A stretch of DNA of 54,742 nt. Source: an uncultured Candidatus Micrarchaeota archaeon. Its GTDB lineage: Archaea > Micrarchaeota > Micrarchaeia > Anstonellales > Bilamarchaeaceae. The notes under the pieces were generated by a model. It made no database searches and was not told the DNA's origin. It was given only the letters and a program-made list of their open reading frames with translations. Below are positions 33,855-43,400 of this stretch, in pieces (the first letter of the stretch is position 1; each line of letters starts with the position of its first letter). Where the stretch lies: contig CAILMU010000061.1 in NCBI GenBank assembly GCA_903835325.1, forward strand, positions 1 to 54,742. The letters run 5' to 3'. Position numbers and translations under genes: made by a program.

Positions 33855-34951
33855 TGGATGGAAAAACACGCGGTGCGCATTACCGGCCCTGGAAAAAAAA
33901 CAGTGAAACCATCGCACCCGAATCCGGAGCGCCGCTCTTTTCATTGAAGATCCTCGCATCGCTCATACTGCTCATCTCATGCTCCTTCGCCGTTTCATGC
34001 GTCCAAAATGCCGGGCAGAAGGTCATGGACGGCGCCGGCCCCATCATCATCGTCGCCGCTTTCCTGAGCGTCGCGGTCATCGCGATCGCCTACATGTACG
34101 GCTCTGCCATGGGGAACGCCCATTCAATCGTCTTCGCCAAAGACGAGCTATATCACCTAGGCTTCTCGCTCGTGCTGGTGCTGTCCATCAGCGGGATAAT
34201 CGCCTCGTCGTGCCTCGTCACCGGATATATATTCGACATCGCTTTCTCTCAGCTCGGGGGCGGGCTTTACAACAGCTGCGGCGGATCCGGCGCTGAGCTC
34301 GGGGACCTCCAGTCCTGCACCATATCCCAGGCGATAAGCGATGCCGAGATGATGACGACGCAGTTCACCGCCATGGACATAAACAGCATGATGAGCGCGA
34401 ACTGGGCCTACACATACGCAGTGCCTTTCAGCGATGTGGTCACCACGGTCGCATCGGGATACAAGAAAACGTACGCCATGCAGTACGAGACGCTGACGAA
34501 CACGTTCGTCCTGCCTGCCCTGGTGAGCCTCAAGATGCAGAAGGTGCTTGTCGGCCTGCTGAGCAGGTACTCCATCGAGATCATCCTTCCCCTCGGATTC
34601 ATATTCAGGATGGTGCCCCCTGTGCGCCGTTTCGGGAATTTCCTGCTCGCCCTATCGCTGGGTCTCTATATCGTGATACCTTTCTTCACGACCTTCAATT
34701 ATCTGATGTACGATGCGGTGAATTGCGCCTGCAACGACTATTCCTCCATCCTCCATGACACCGTGCTCGACAACAACGGCGCGCAGTACGGGTTCGGTAT
34801 TCACGAATGCGGGGTCGCATGCAGCAGCGCCAACGGATTCTGGACCGTTGCCCGGCTGATTCCGCAGGCTTTCTTCCTGCCGAACCTGACGCTCGCCCTT
34901 TTTGTCACCTTCCTTTCAGCTATCAATAAAGCCCTGAGCGTGATCGGATGA
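33854..34951 (+). CDS. module gene 2, copy B (365 aa)
   Basis: TGATG overlap with gene 1. The MDGK... start matches MDGI... in copy A. Motif YMYGSAMGNAHSIVFAKDELYHL. The protein ends ...INKALSVIG. Confidence 0.85.
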   Translation: MDGKTRGAHYRPWKKNSETIAPESGAPLFSLKILASLILLISCSFAVSCVQNAGQKVMDGAGPIIIVAAFLSVAVIAIAYMYGSAMGNAHSIVFAKDELYHLGFSLVLVLSISGIIASSCLVTGYIFDIAFSQLGGGLYNSCGGSGAELGDLQSCTISQAISDAEMMTTQFTAMDINSMMSANWAYTYAVPFSDVVTTVASGYKKTYAMQYETLTNTFVLPALVSLKMQKVLVGLLSRYSIEIILPLGFIFRMVPPVRRFGNFLLALSLGLYIVIPFFTTFNYLMYDAVNCACNDYSSILHDTVLDNNGAQYGFGIHECGVACSSANGFWTVARLIPQAFFLPNLTLALFVTFLSAINKALSVIG

Positions 34952-37272
34952 AGAATACCGCGCTGTTCTGCCTGATAGTCCTCAGCGCCATCTCCAGCGC
35001 CCAGGTCTCGAGCGCGATGCTGAGCGAAGCAGGCCAGAGCAGTAGCGTGGTCCATGAGCTCTTCACGAACTGGCAGGCCCTCTCGGTCATGGCGATAATG
35101 CTCTCGGCCATGCTTGTCGCGATCGCTTATATGCTCGGCATAGGTTTCGAGATCCCGGGCCTAAGGGCATGGGCCGGGACCGAGCTCGGCCAGGTGATAG
35201 CGAGCGTCTTGATACTCGTAACGATGATGGCCGTGCTGGCTATGATAGATGCCGAGGTATCGCTCCTGGTCAACAGCCAGGTGGATGGGATGGTCAGCTG
35301 CAAGATAGCTGGTGAACCTTGCCTCAAGGACGCGGCGACATTCTACCTCAACGGGTATATCGATTCCGCCAAGGCATCCATCCGCAACCTCCTGATAGGC
35401 AACATGGATGTCTCCAACGCCGCCGCGCAGCGGAGTTTCTACAGCTGCTATTCCGCCATCCTGCCTCTCCCATGCCTGCAGTACTCTTCCGGGTGGTCGC
35501 ATGGGACAGTGGCCGTGCTCCAGCTGGACACGAACCAGGTGCTCTACGAATATTACAGCTCGATGCTGTCCTCGATGGAAGCGCAGAAGGCGTTCGTCGA
35601 GGACGTCTGCTTCAAGATCGCGCCTTTCATCCTGGCGACAGGCATCGTGGCAAGGACGTTCTTCGCCACCCGGAAGCTCGGCGGGCTGCTTATCGCCGGG
35701 GCGCTGGCCCTCATGTTCGTCCTTCCGATGATGTACATCTTCGATTGGATGACCCTGAATTCGCAGTTCACGAGCGACAAGACGTACGGGGACCAGGCGA
35801 GCCTCTGCCCCGACGAATGCCAGCTCACACCGCCCCTGGTGTACGATTCGAAACAGCCGGATGTCACTTATAGTCAGAAGGACCTCTACAACATGTTCTA
35901 CTATGCCTACAAGGACCCCCTGATAGCCAAGAACCTGACCACCGGCAAGCTCTTATCATACGACTGGACGACCAAGCCTGTTTCTATCGGACCGGCGCTT
36001 GTCCCGCCGGATCCCATCCTGGTGTCGTGCGAGGCCAGCTCTTATGTCGCCATCGACAGCCTCGGGAGCGATTACAAAGGCAAATGCGCAGCGATGATAA
36101 ACAACTCGCTCGTCGTGGACACATGCGGGAGCGTGAACCTTTATGCGGAAGTCGACAGCGTGAAGGCATCATTAAATCCAGGCCAGCCGGGAACCGTCGA
36201 GAAGACGAATGTATATGTAGGGAACACCTCGATAGCATGCCCGTATGTGTGCAGGGAGCTCCCGTACCCTTACACGAACCCGTTCTGCGAACCGCCGATC
36301 ATCCAGAGGGCGTGCGCGGCGATGCCGCCCGTATGCAAGATCAGCCGCAAGGCGAACGCGAAGACACTCGACCAGTTCATGGAAGAGAACCTCAGCTGCG
36401 TGCAGGAATGCAAGATAGTCCCTCCATTGAAAGACGACTGCAACAACGCCAGCTGCCTCGACTCGAGGTTCGACTGCAGGATATCCAAGAGGGATGACCT
36501 GGGTTTCAGAACGCCGCTGCTCGCCTCGTCAGCTGAAGGCGGGGCGATCGCGGACGAGGTGAAAAGGTGCGACTTGGCCAAGGACTGCCCGGCAGACCTC
36601 AACGCGAGCAAATCCTGCGTCTATGTCCTTCCTGCCGATACCAAGAGCTGCGCGGACTTGTGCCCGAAGTGCCCTGCAGAATGCAGGATAGCAGGGGACG
36701 ATCCGACAGACCCGAAGAAGACGCTGCCGAATGACTGCTACAGCGGAGGCCAGCTGATAACCGAGTGCAGCGAGGCGAACTGCCCTGAATCCTGCAAGAT
36801 CCCCATAGAAAGGATAATACGCCTCGATCCAGGATATAAGGCATGCAACAGCACCGCGGGGAACATCTGCCCCTGGTCATGCAGGGTCGGGGGCGTGGTC
36901 CCGGTCCCCGACGGATGCGACAAGACGGCCTGCGACCTGACGGTCTGCTCAGGGGCCTACAAGGAGACGGTCCCTTCGTCCTCATGCCAGAAATGCCTCG
37001 ATGTCGATGCCAACTTCCAGTTCGACCCGCCTGTGATGACCAACTGCGCTGATTTTTGCGCCGCCCCTAAGAATCCGGCGGAGCCGTCCACAGCTCCGCT
37101 CACCATGGAGGGTTTCGTGGGCGGGCCAGATTACCGCAACATAGCCCAGCTGCTGGTGCAGGCTTATCTGCTGCCATTGTTCAATTTCACGGTCGCGATA
37201 ATGTTCATCCAATCTTTCTCAGGCATGCTCGGAGGGGATATCGAGATCCCGGGGATAACCAAGGTGCTATGA
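34948..37272 (+). CDS. module gene 3, copy B (774 aa) with Cys-rich ectodomain
   Basis: ATGA overlap with gene 2. Motif YMLGIGFEIPGLRAWAGTELGQ. C-terminal tail is MLGGDIEIPGITKVL. Confidence 0.9.
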   Translation: MKNTALFCLIVLSAISSAQVSSAMLSEAGQSSSVVHELFTNWQALSVMAIMLSAMLVAIAYMLGIGFEIPGLRAWAGTELGQVIASVLILVTMMAVLAMIDAEVSLLVNSQVDGMVSCKIAGEPCLKDAATFYLNGYIDSAKASIRNLLIGNMDVSNAAAQRSFYSCYSAILPLPCLQYSSGWSHGTVAVLQLDTNQVLYEYYSSMLSSMEAQKAFVEDVCFKIAPFILATGIVARTFFATRKLGGLLIAGALALMFVLPMMYIFDWMTLNSQFTSDKTYGDQASLCPDECQLTPPLVYDSKQPDVTYSQKDLYNMFYYAYKDPLIAKNLTTGKLLSYDWTTKPVSIGPALVPPDPILVSCEASSYVAIDSLGSDYKGKCAAMINNSLVVDTCGSVNLYAEVDSVKASLNPGQPGTVEKTNVYVGNTSIACPYVCRELPYPYTNPFCEPPIIQRACAAMPPVCKISRKANAKTLDQFMEENLSCVQECKIVPPLKDDCNNASCLDSRFDCRISKRDDLGFRTPLLASSAEGGAIADEVKRCDLAKDCPADLNASKSCVYVLPADTKSCADLCPKCPAECRIAGDDPTDPKKTLPNDCYSGGQLITECSEANCPESCKIPIERIIRLDPGYKACNSTAGNICPWSCRVGGVVPVPDGCDKTACDLTVCSGAYKETVPSSSCQKCLDVDANFQFDPPVMTNCADFCAAPKNPAEPSTAPLTMEGFVGGPDYRNIAQLLVQAYLLPLFNFTVAIMFIQSFSGMLGGDIEIPGITKVL

Positions 37273-37273
37273 C

Positions 37274-38287
37274 ATGAACAGGACACTGATAGGTATTTTG
37301 GCCGTGCTCACCTTGACCACCATGTCGCATGCCGCTGGCTGGCAGGGGCTGGCCGGTATCGCGGTCATCACATCGGCATGCATGCTCGCCCTCATCTACA
37401 TGATAGGCTTCGGGTTCGGCATCAACGAGCTGATGATGACATCGAAGGAGGAGGCGTACCAGCTCGTGGTGGTCATGGCCCTGATCGGCGGATTCGTCCT
37501 GATCGAGACCGGGGGCGACGCGCTCTTCGGCGCGATAATCGGCCAGGGGACCGGCATGCAGATGATGGCGACTTCGATGACGGCCTCGAAGATCGCGGTC
37601 CTTGGCGGGATATTCGGCAATATCGCCGACGCGGAGAGCCGCATAGCCAAACAGGGGACGATGACGCTCAACTGCAACATCCTAGGCGTAGGCCAGGTGG
37701 TTAGCGGATGCGGGGGCTACAGCATGGTGAGCCCGGCCCTCTCAGGTGTCGAGGCCACGGTGGGCCTCGCTATAGCTGAGCTCAGCTCGCTGACACGGCT
37801 GATGGGGATAGGAATGGCGAACTCGTTTTCGCTGCTGCTGCCGATCGGCATAATATTCCGCACATTCAAGCTCACGCGGGGCGCTGGGGGGCTGATAATC
37901 GGGGTGGCGGTCGCGCTCTATTTCGTGCTTCCGCTGTCCATGATATCCATGTGGCAGATAGCGGACCAGTTCAAGGATACCCGTTATGTCGGAACAGCTC
38001 CTTACATAGAGGTGCCCGACTGCGAGCCTGCCCAGACGAGCGACGTCTCATCATCGGAAGAAGGCGGGGTCGCCCAGGGCATGGGCTTCCCATCCAGCAA
38101 CGCAGGCAAGGCAATGGGCATCTTCATGCGTGTCATCGACGCGGTGCCGTTCTATCTTTTCCCGGCGCTGATATATGGCATCATAACGCCTGCGATAGCG
38201 CTCCTGATAACCGTCGCGAGCATCAGGGTGCTGAGCGCCCTCGGAGGCGCAGAGGTGGACGTGAGCGTCCTTTCCAGGGTGATATGA
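37274..38287 (+). CDS. module gene 4, copy B (337 aa)
   Basis: Motifs YMIGFGFGINELMMTSKEEAYQL and LLPIGIIFRTFKLTRGAGG. C-terminal tail is LGGAEVDVSVLSRVI. Confidence 0.9.
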   Translation: MNRTLIGILAVLTLTTMSHAAGWQGLAGIAVITSACMLALIYMIGFGFGINELMMTSKEEAYQLVVVMALIGGFVLIETGGDALFGAIIGQGTGMQMMATSMTASKIAVLGGIFGNIADAESRIAKQGTMTLNCNILGVGQVVSGCGGYSMVSPALSGVEATVGLAIAELSSLTRLMGIGMANSFSLLLPIGIIFRTFKLTRGAGGLIIGVAVALYFVLPLSMISMWQIADQFKDTRYVGTAPYIEVPDCEPAQTSDVSSSEEGGVAQGMGFPSSNAGKAMGIFMRVIDAVPFYLFPALIYGIITPAIALLITVASIRVLSALGGAEVDVSVLSRVI

Positions 38288-38338
38288 ATAATAGACAACA
38301 TATGCACCACCGCTTTCAACGTCTTCGTAGATTCCCAG

Positions 38339-39367
38339 GTGCTGCCAATCGCCGGAATATCGGCGGTTGCGACAGGTGCGATAATCGCCGCAGTGTACAT
38401 GTACGGCCATGCCACCAGCAACCCGAAGCTCAATGAATGGTCCAAGACAGAAGCCGTCCAGCTCCCGGTCTCGATGGCGTCGGTGTTCCTGATAATACTG
38501 GTGATGAATTCGTTCTGCGCTATCGACATCAACAGCGTGAGGGGCATTTTCGGCAAGCCCCCCATCGTCCTCGCCACGCCCGGGGCGACGACGAATATCT
38601 ATTATGCGGCCGAGAGCTACCTTGTCCAGAGCGCGTCTTTTTCCAGGGACGCCATGATAATCGCGAGGTATCACCATTCGGTCTACAATATCCTCCTGAT
38701 GCGGAGCACCTACAGGTGCGACGCATGGTGCTGGTTCGGTAACTCAGGCACGACGTTCCAGGGGTTTGCCGGATATTCAGGCAGGCTCAACCTGATGGGC
38801 CTGCTCTTCAACACCGCGCTGACATCGTATCTGTCCGCGCTCAACAGCCTCCTCATCTTCCTGTTCGTGAAAAGGGGGTTCATCCTTCTCCTGCTTCCCA
38901 TGGGCGTCTTCCTGCGCTCGATGCCTTTCCTCCGGACTTTCGGCTCGGTCCTGATAGCCTTATCAATGTCCTTCTTCCTCATATATCCGGCGACGCTCGC
39001 AGTATTCTCGATGATGGATGGTGTCTTCGACGACCCGTTCCCGAAGGATGTGCAGTCGCCTTTGCCCGGGTCCCCCAGCTACAACGTGAAGGATTATTTC
39101 CTCAACGAAGCGAACATCTATGGCAGGGACAGCGAGACGCCCGACCTGTCTTCGGACGCCGAGCTGGATGACAGCGCCCTGATGGGCACATATTTCCCGT
39201 TGAGCGGGGAGTACCTGTTCGAGACCGTTGAGTTCGTGGCATACGCATTCATCGCCGCGGTGTTCCTGCCCACCGTCGCGCTGCTCGCCACCGTGGCGAG
39301 CGTGAGGTACCTGGCGAGGATGTACGGGGAGGAGATAGACCTCAGCAGGATAGTCCAGATGGTGTAG
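38339..39367 (+). CDS. module gene 5, copy B (342 aa from GTG; the N-terminus may extend upstream)
   Basis: Motif YMYGHATSNPKLNEWSKTEAVQL. C-terminal tail is MYGEEIDLSRIVQMV. The 17 codons between the gene-4 TGA and this GTG are open and align without gaps to the copy-A N-terminus. Confidence 0.8.
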   Translation: MLPIAGISAVATGAIIAAVYMYGHATSNPKLNEWSKTEAVQLPVSMASVFLIILVMNSFCAIDINSVRGIFGKPPIVLATPGATTNIYYAAESYLVQSASFSRDAMIIARYHHSVYNILLMRSTYRCDAWCWFGNSGTTFQGFAGYSGRLNLMGLLFNTALTSYLSALNSLLIFLFVKRGFILLLLPMGVFLRSMPFLRTFGSVLIALSMSFFLIYPATLAVFSMMDGVFDDPFPKDVQSPLPGSPSYNVKDYFLNEANIYGRDSETPDLSSDAELDDSALMGTYFPLSGEYLFETVEFVAYAFIAAVFLPTVALLATVASVRYLARMYGEEIDLSRIVQMV

Positions 39368-39380
39368 GCATGGTGTTGAA

Positions 39381-40424
39381 ATGATAGGCAACTTCGCGAA
39401 TTTGATCCTTGACGAACTGACGCCCGGCTCAGACATCCTGAACGTGCCTGCCTGGATAGCCCTCGTGTTCGCGGCCACCATGGCCGTCTTCCTCATCCAC
39501 CTGATAATATACATGCTGGCCAAAGCGTTCGACATCGCGGACCTGAAAGCCTATTCAGAATCAGAGATGATGCAGGCCCTTGCCACGTTCCTGATGGCCG
39601 GGTTCATCGTGGTCATGCTCTCGAGCGCGGCGGATTTCGCGTACAAGGAATTCCTCAGCGGGGGCCAGATTCCCTGCGGCGATAATATGCTCTACATCAC
39701 AGGCCCCACCAGCTTCGGCGCCGACGGGCTCGATGTCATCCAATGCAGGCTCCTGGAGAAAGCGACCGCGATGAGCGAGCTCAAGACCCAGATATTAAAC
39801 TCTGCCGCGGGCTCGGGGATATTCGACCAGCTCAACGACCGGGTCAGCCTGATGGGCGCATCCGTATCCCAGGGCGACTGGGACTCCAAGACGTATTCGA
39901 CAGCCGAAGGGTACAGGTACGCGAACATCTTCGCGACCACGCTCCTTGCTTCGCTGAATGCCCAGGCGTTCTTCGTCATGTATATCAAGAAGAACATGAT
40001 ATCCTTCTTCCTGCCGATGGGCATCATACTGCGCGGGTTCAATTTCACAAGAGCGATAGGCGCGTTCTTCATAGCCCTCGCCATCGGGCTGTATTTCATC
40101 CTGCCCATCCTCTACCTGATCACGGACCCTGGATTCGTGAGGGTGCCGCCGACCGCATCGGCGATCACGACAGCTACATACTGCTACCAGACATTCAGCG
40201 GCGCCATCAACCTGGTGGGCCTGCCCAAGGTCCAGGCTATCGGCGAGGAGCAGACTGCGATGGATATGACCAGCATCAGCTCCGAGCTGAGCAGCACATA
40301 TATGAGCCTGCTCACCCATGCCTTCGTCGTGCTTTCGATCACGCTTGTGCTCGTCCGATACGGCATGACGCTGCTGGGAGGGGAGACGATGGAGCTCATG
40401 AGACTGGTCGGGAGGGTGGTCTGA
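39381..40424 (+). CDS. module gene 6, copy B (347 aa)
   Basis: Motifs YMLAKAFDIADLKAYSESEMMQ and FLPMGIILRGFNFTRAIGA. C-terminal tail is LLGGETMELMRLVGRVV. Confidence 0.9.
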   Translation: MIGNFANLILDELTPGSDILNVPAWIALVFAATMAVFLIHLIIYMLAKAFDIADLKAYSESEMMQALATFLMAGFIVVMLSSAADFAYKEFLSGGQIPCGDNMLYITGPTSFGADGLDVIQCRLLEKATAMSELKTQILNSAAGSGIFDQLNDRVSLMGASVSQGDWDSKTYSTAEGYRYANIFATTLLASLNAQAFFVMYIKKNMISFFLPMGIILRGFNFTRAIGAFFIALAIGLYFILPILYLITDPGFVRVPPTASAITTATYCYQTFSGAINLVGLPKVQAIGEEQTAMDMTSISSELSSTYMSLLTHAFVVLSITLVLVRYGMTLLGGETMELMRLVGRVV

Positions 40425-43400
40425 TGAGGAGCGCCTATCTGCTTATCGCGGCCGTGCTGGCTCTTTCATCACTCTACGGGTGCCTCGAGACGAACAAGGA
40501 TTTCACGTGCTGCCTGCGCCACTATGCGAACGACACCGGCAAATGCAAGATGTACAATTCGACCGACCCGAACAACCCCCTGGATCTTTCCGCTAAGACC
40601 AATTGGTGCAACATGACAGCGAATGTCTGCAATGTTACTACGAAGGACCAGAAGGTGACGGGCTTCTGGCCGAACATCGTCTTGAGCCCGGCCGAGCATT
40701 CCCTCATACCGATATGCACCGAGCTGGGCCCGCAGCAATGCATCGACCCGAAATGCCGGGTGATGGTATGCGGGGATTTCGAATTCCGCCCAAAGGTGCC
40801 GCCGACCGTGGAGGATTCGCAGAAGGCCGCTTCCAAGCAGTCGGGGAGCTCGGCCATCAACCTCTACCACGGCCAGTGCCAGTTCCTGCCGATGGATTAC
40901 AAGCTCGCGGGCATAATGAAGAACTCCCAGGGCTATCTGAGCAGGTTCAGGATAGGGCTCGGCACCACGTTCGATGAATATGCAAAGTACAGCGCGTTCT
41001 TCCCGATATCCGACAAATTCTGCAACATCAACACGCTCGGCACCATAGACCGCTTCCAGAATTATCTTGTCCCGGCGCAGATGAAGTTCGATCCCCTCAC
41101 AGGCATCAATGACAGCTGCGTCTCGGACCAGGACCCGGCGCAGGCCCCGCCGCCGCTGAAACTGGGGAACCTCAATCTCGGCCCGACCAACCAGCCGGTG
41201 ACAGGATACAAGATGGCCGGCTTCATCAGGGAGGTCTCGTTCCCCGTTTCGGACATCAATACGAATTATTTCATGACACCGTATTCCCGGCCCGACCCGA
41301 AATTCTACGCAACCGAGCTCCAGAAAAGGTATCTGGACGATGCATACAACTACACCATGTGGGTCATCCATGTGAACGACAAGTTGAAGGACGCGAAGAT
41401 CCCGAAAGCCTCGCTAAGCACTGACTGCTCGAAGTGCGCGGGCCTGTGCGACCAGGTCCCGGCATGCATGGACGCGACGATATACGGCGAGCGGTGCAAG
41501 ACGGACTGGGCCAATTATGACAAGTATCTGGAGGAGAAGGCCGCAGCCGAGGCTGAAGTGACCAAGGCGTTGGGCGAGAGGCCGAAGGCGGCCCCGAAGG
41601 CGCTGTATGAATGCGACCCGAACCGGCCCTCCGAATGCCTGTCATCCAGATGCAGCACCGACGATTACAACCGGGTGAACCTGTTCGTGAGCGGGCAGGA
41701 GGTGGCGCTACCTTGCACGCTTTCCACGGTCCAGGCGCCGAATTACGATAAGATGTTCGAACCGAACCTATCGGCCGTGCTACCGCAGGACGGGAAGACG
41801 GTATACGATTCCGATCTCGGGTCTTTGATGGCGCCTTATGACACCTATGATGTCCTGCGGTGCGAACCCACGACAGACATCACATTCGACACCCCCGGGA
41901 GCAGCGTCGCGACGCACCACCTGGCCCAAGCCTCGTACAAGGCGGCCGGGAGCGACCAGTACACGGAGGGGACGGCGGGCGATATCGTATTGTTCAGCTA
42001 TGACAAGGCGAGATATCCGGCGGACCACATCTACCTGAAATACAAAACCGATATCACCAATACACCGCAAGACACGATATGCTCGAGCGGCGAGAGTTGC
42101 GCCGGGAAGTATGAGGCCGATTACTCTAATACAGGCAAGCCGGTGATCGGGTACACTGTCATGAACGGGCAGGACTTCCCCAACACGCTTTTCGCCAGGC
42201 TCTGCCAGCTCAATTCATCAACCGATTATGAGGTCGTGAAGATCAATAACGACACCGTATGCGGCGAGGATACGCATGCCCCGTTGGGCTCCTGCATGGT
42301 GGCCTGGGAGACTCCAGGCGGTTCGGTAGGGAATTCGCAGAAGAATTGCTATCATACGATGGGATGCGTGGCCCAGGGAGGAGGAAGCGACGCAGTCGCA
42401 TTCTTCTTCGCGACCGGATGCGCGATCCAAGGCCAGGGTTCGTGCAACAACCCCGAGATATCCCCTAACCTGGCGGACAGCTATTACGGGCTTTCGCGCA
42501 CATTCGGCAGCGGCGCTCTCTATAACGGCATTTCCACGTCATGGCAGGATTTCCCGGCGGAGATAAGACCGCAATTCCTCAATGACCTGCAGGCCATGCA
42601 TGCGAGGCCGGACGACAAAAATGATTTCCAGTCCAACAGGTACATGTGCCTCTCGCCGGAGTATCCTGGTCAGCAGACGCAGGCAGACTCCTCGCCCGAT
42701 TGCGTCGCTGATATCCCGAACGCCCCCAAGGAGATCGTCCTCATCCACAGCCTCGGCGCATGCGACTATGACCTGAAGCCCGGGACATTCCCGAAACTCA
42801 AGGAATACGGATGGTGCGACAGCTGCACGCTTGCGAGCATGGCCTACCAGAAGGTGGACCGGCTCGATATCCCGTATATCCCCCTGAACGAGGTGGGGTA
42901 TTCCTCGACAACTGGAAATCCCAAGAACTACACCTACCAGTTTCAGAAAGGGCCGGCTGTATTCGACGCATCGCAGCTGGCAGACAGCTTCAATTCCTCG
43001 CCCATCTGCACCTGGCAGCCGGTAGATGACAACAACAAATTAGCGTTCATGAGGTGCAACACCAGCACGGACTTCAAGCCTTACCACAAGCAGGATCCGG
43101 GCAACATACATGCCCCGCAGGAGGAGCCCGAAGCGACATACCTGAAGATGCAGATGGCCAGGTTCCAGCAGTCCGGCGCGATACCCATATTGGATTTGTC
43201 CGACGATGCGGACTGGGCGCCGATAGACGCAACGATATACGTCGATGAATCAGGCTTCTATGATAAATGCAAGAGCGACAATCAAGAGAGCGCCTCATCG
43301 TTCTGCAGTCTTGGTGCGTTGCAGTTGCAATACAAGCCCGCTTGTGAGAATGACTATCCGGGTGATATGGCGAAGGTATTGCAGTGCATGAATGACCGGT

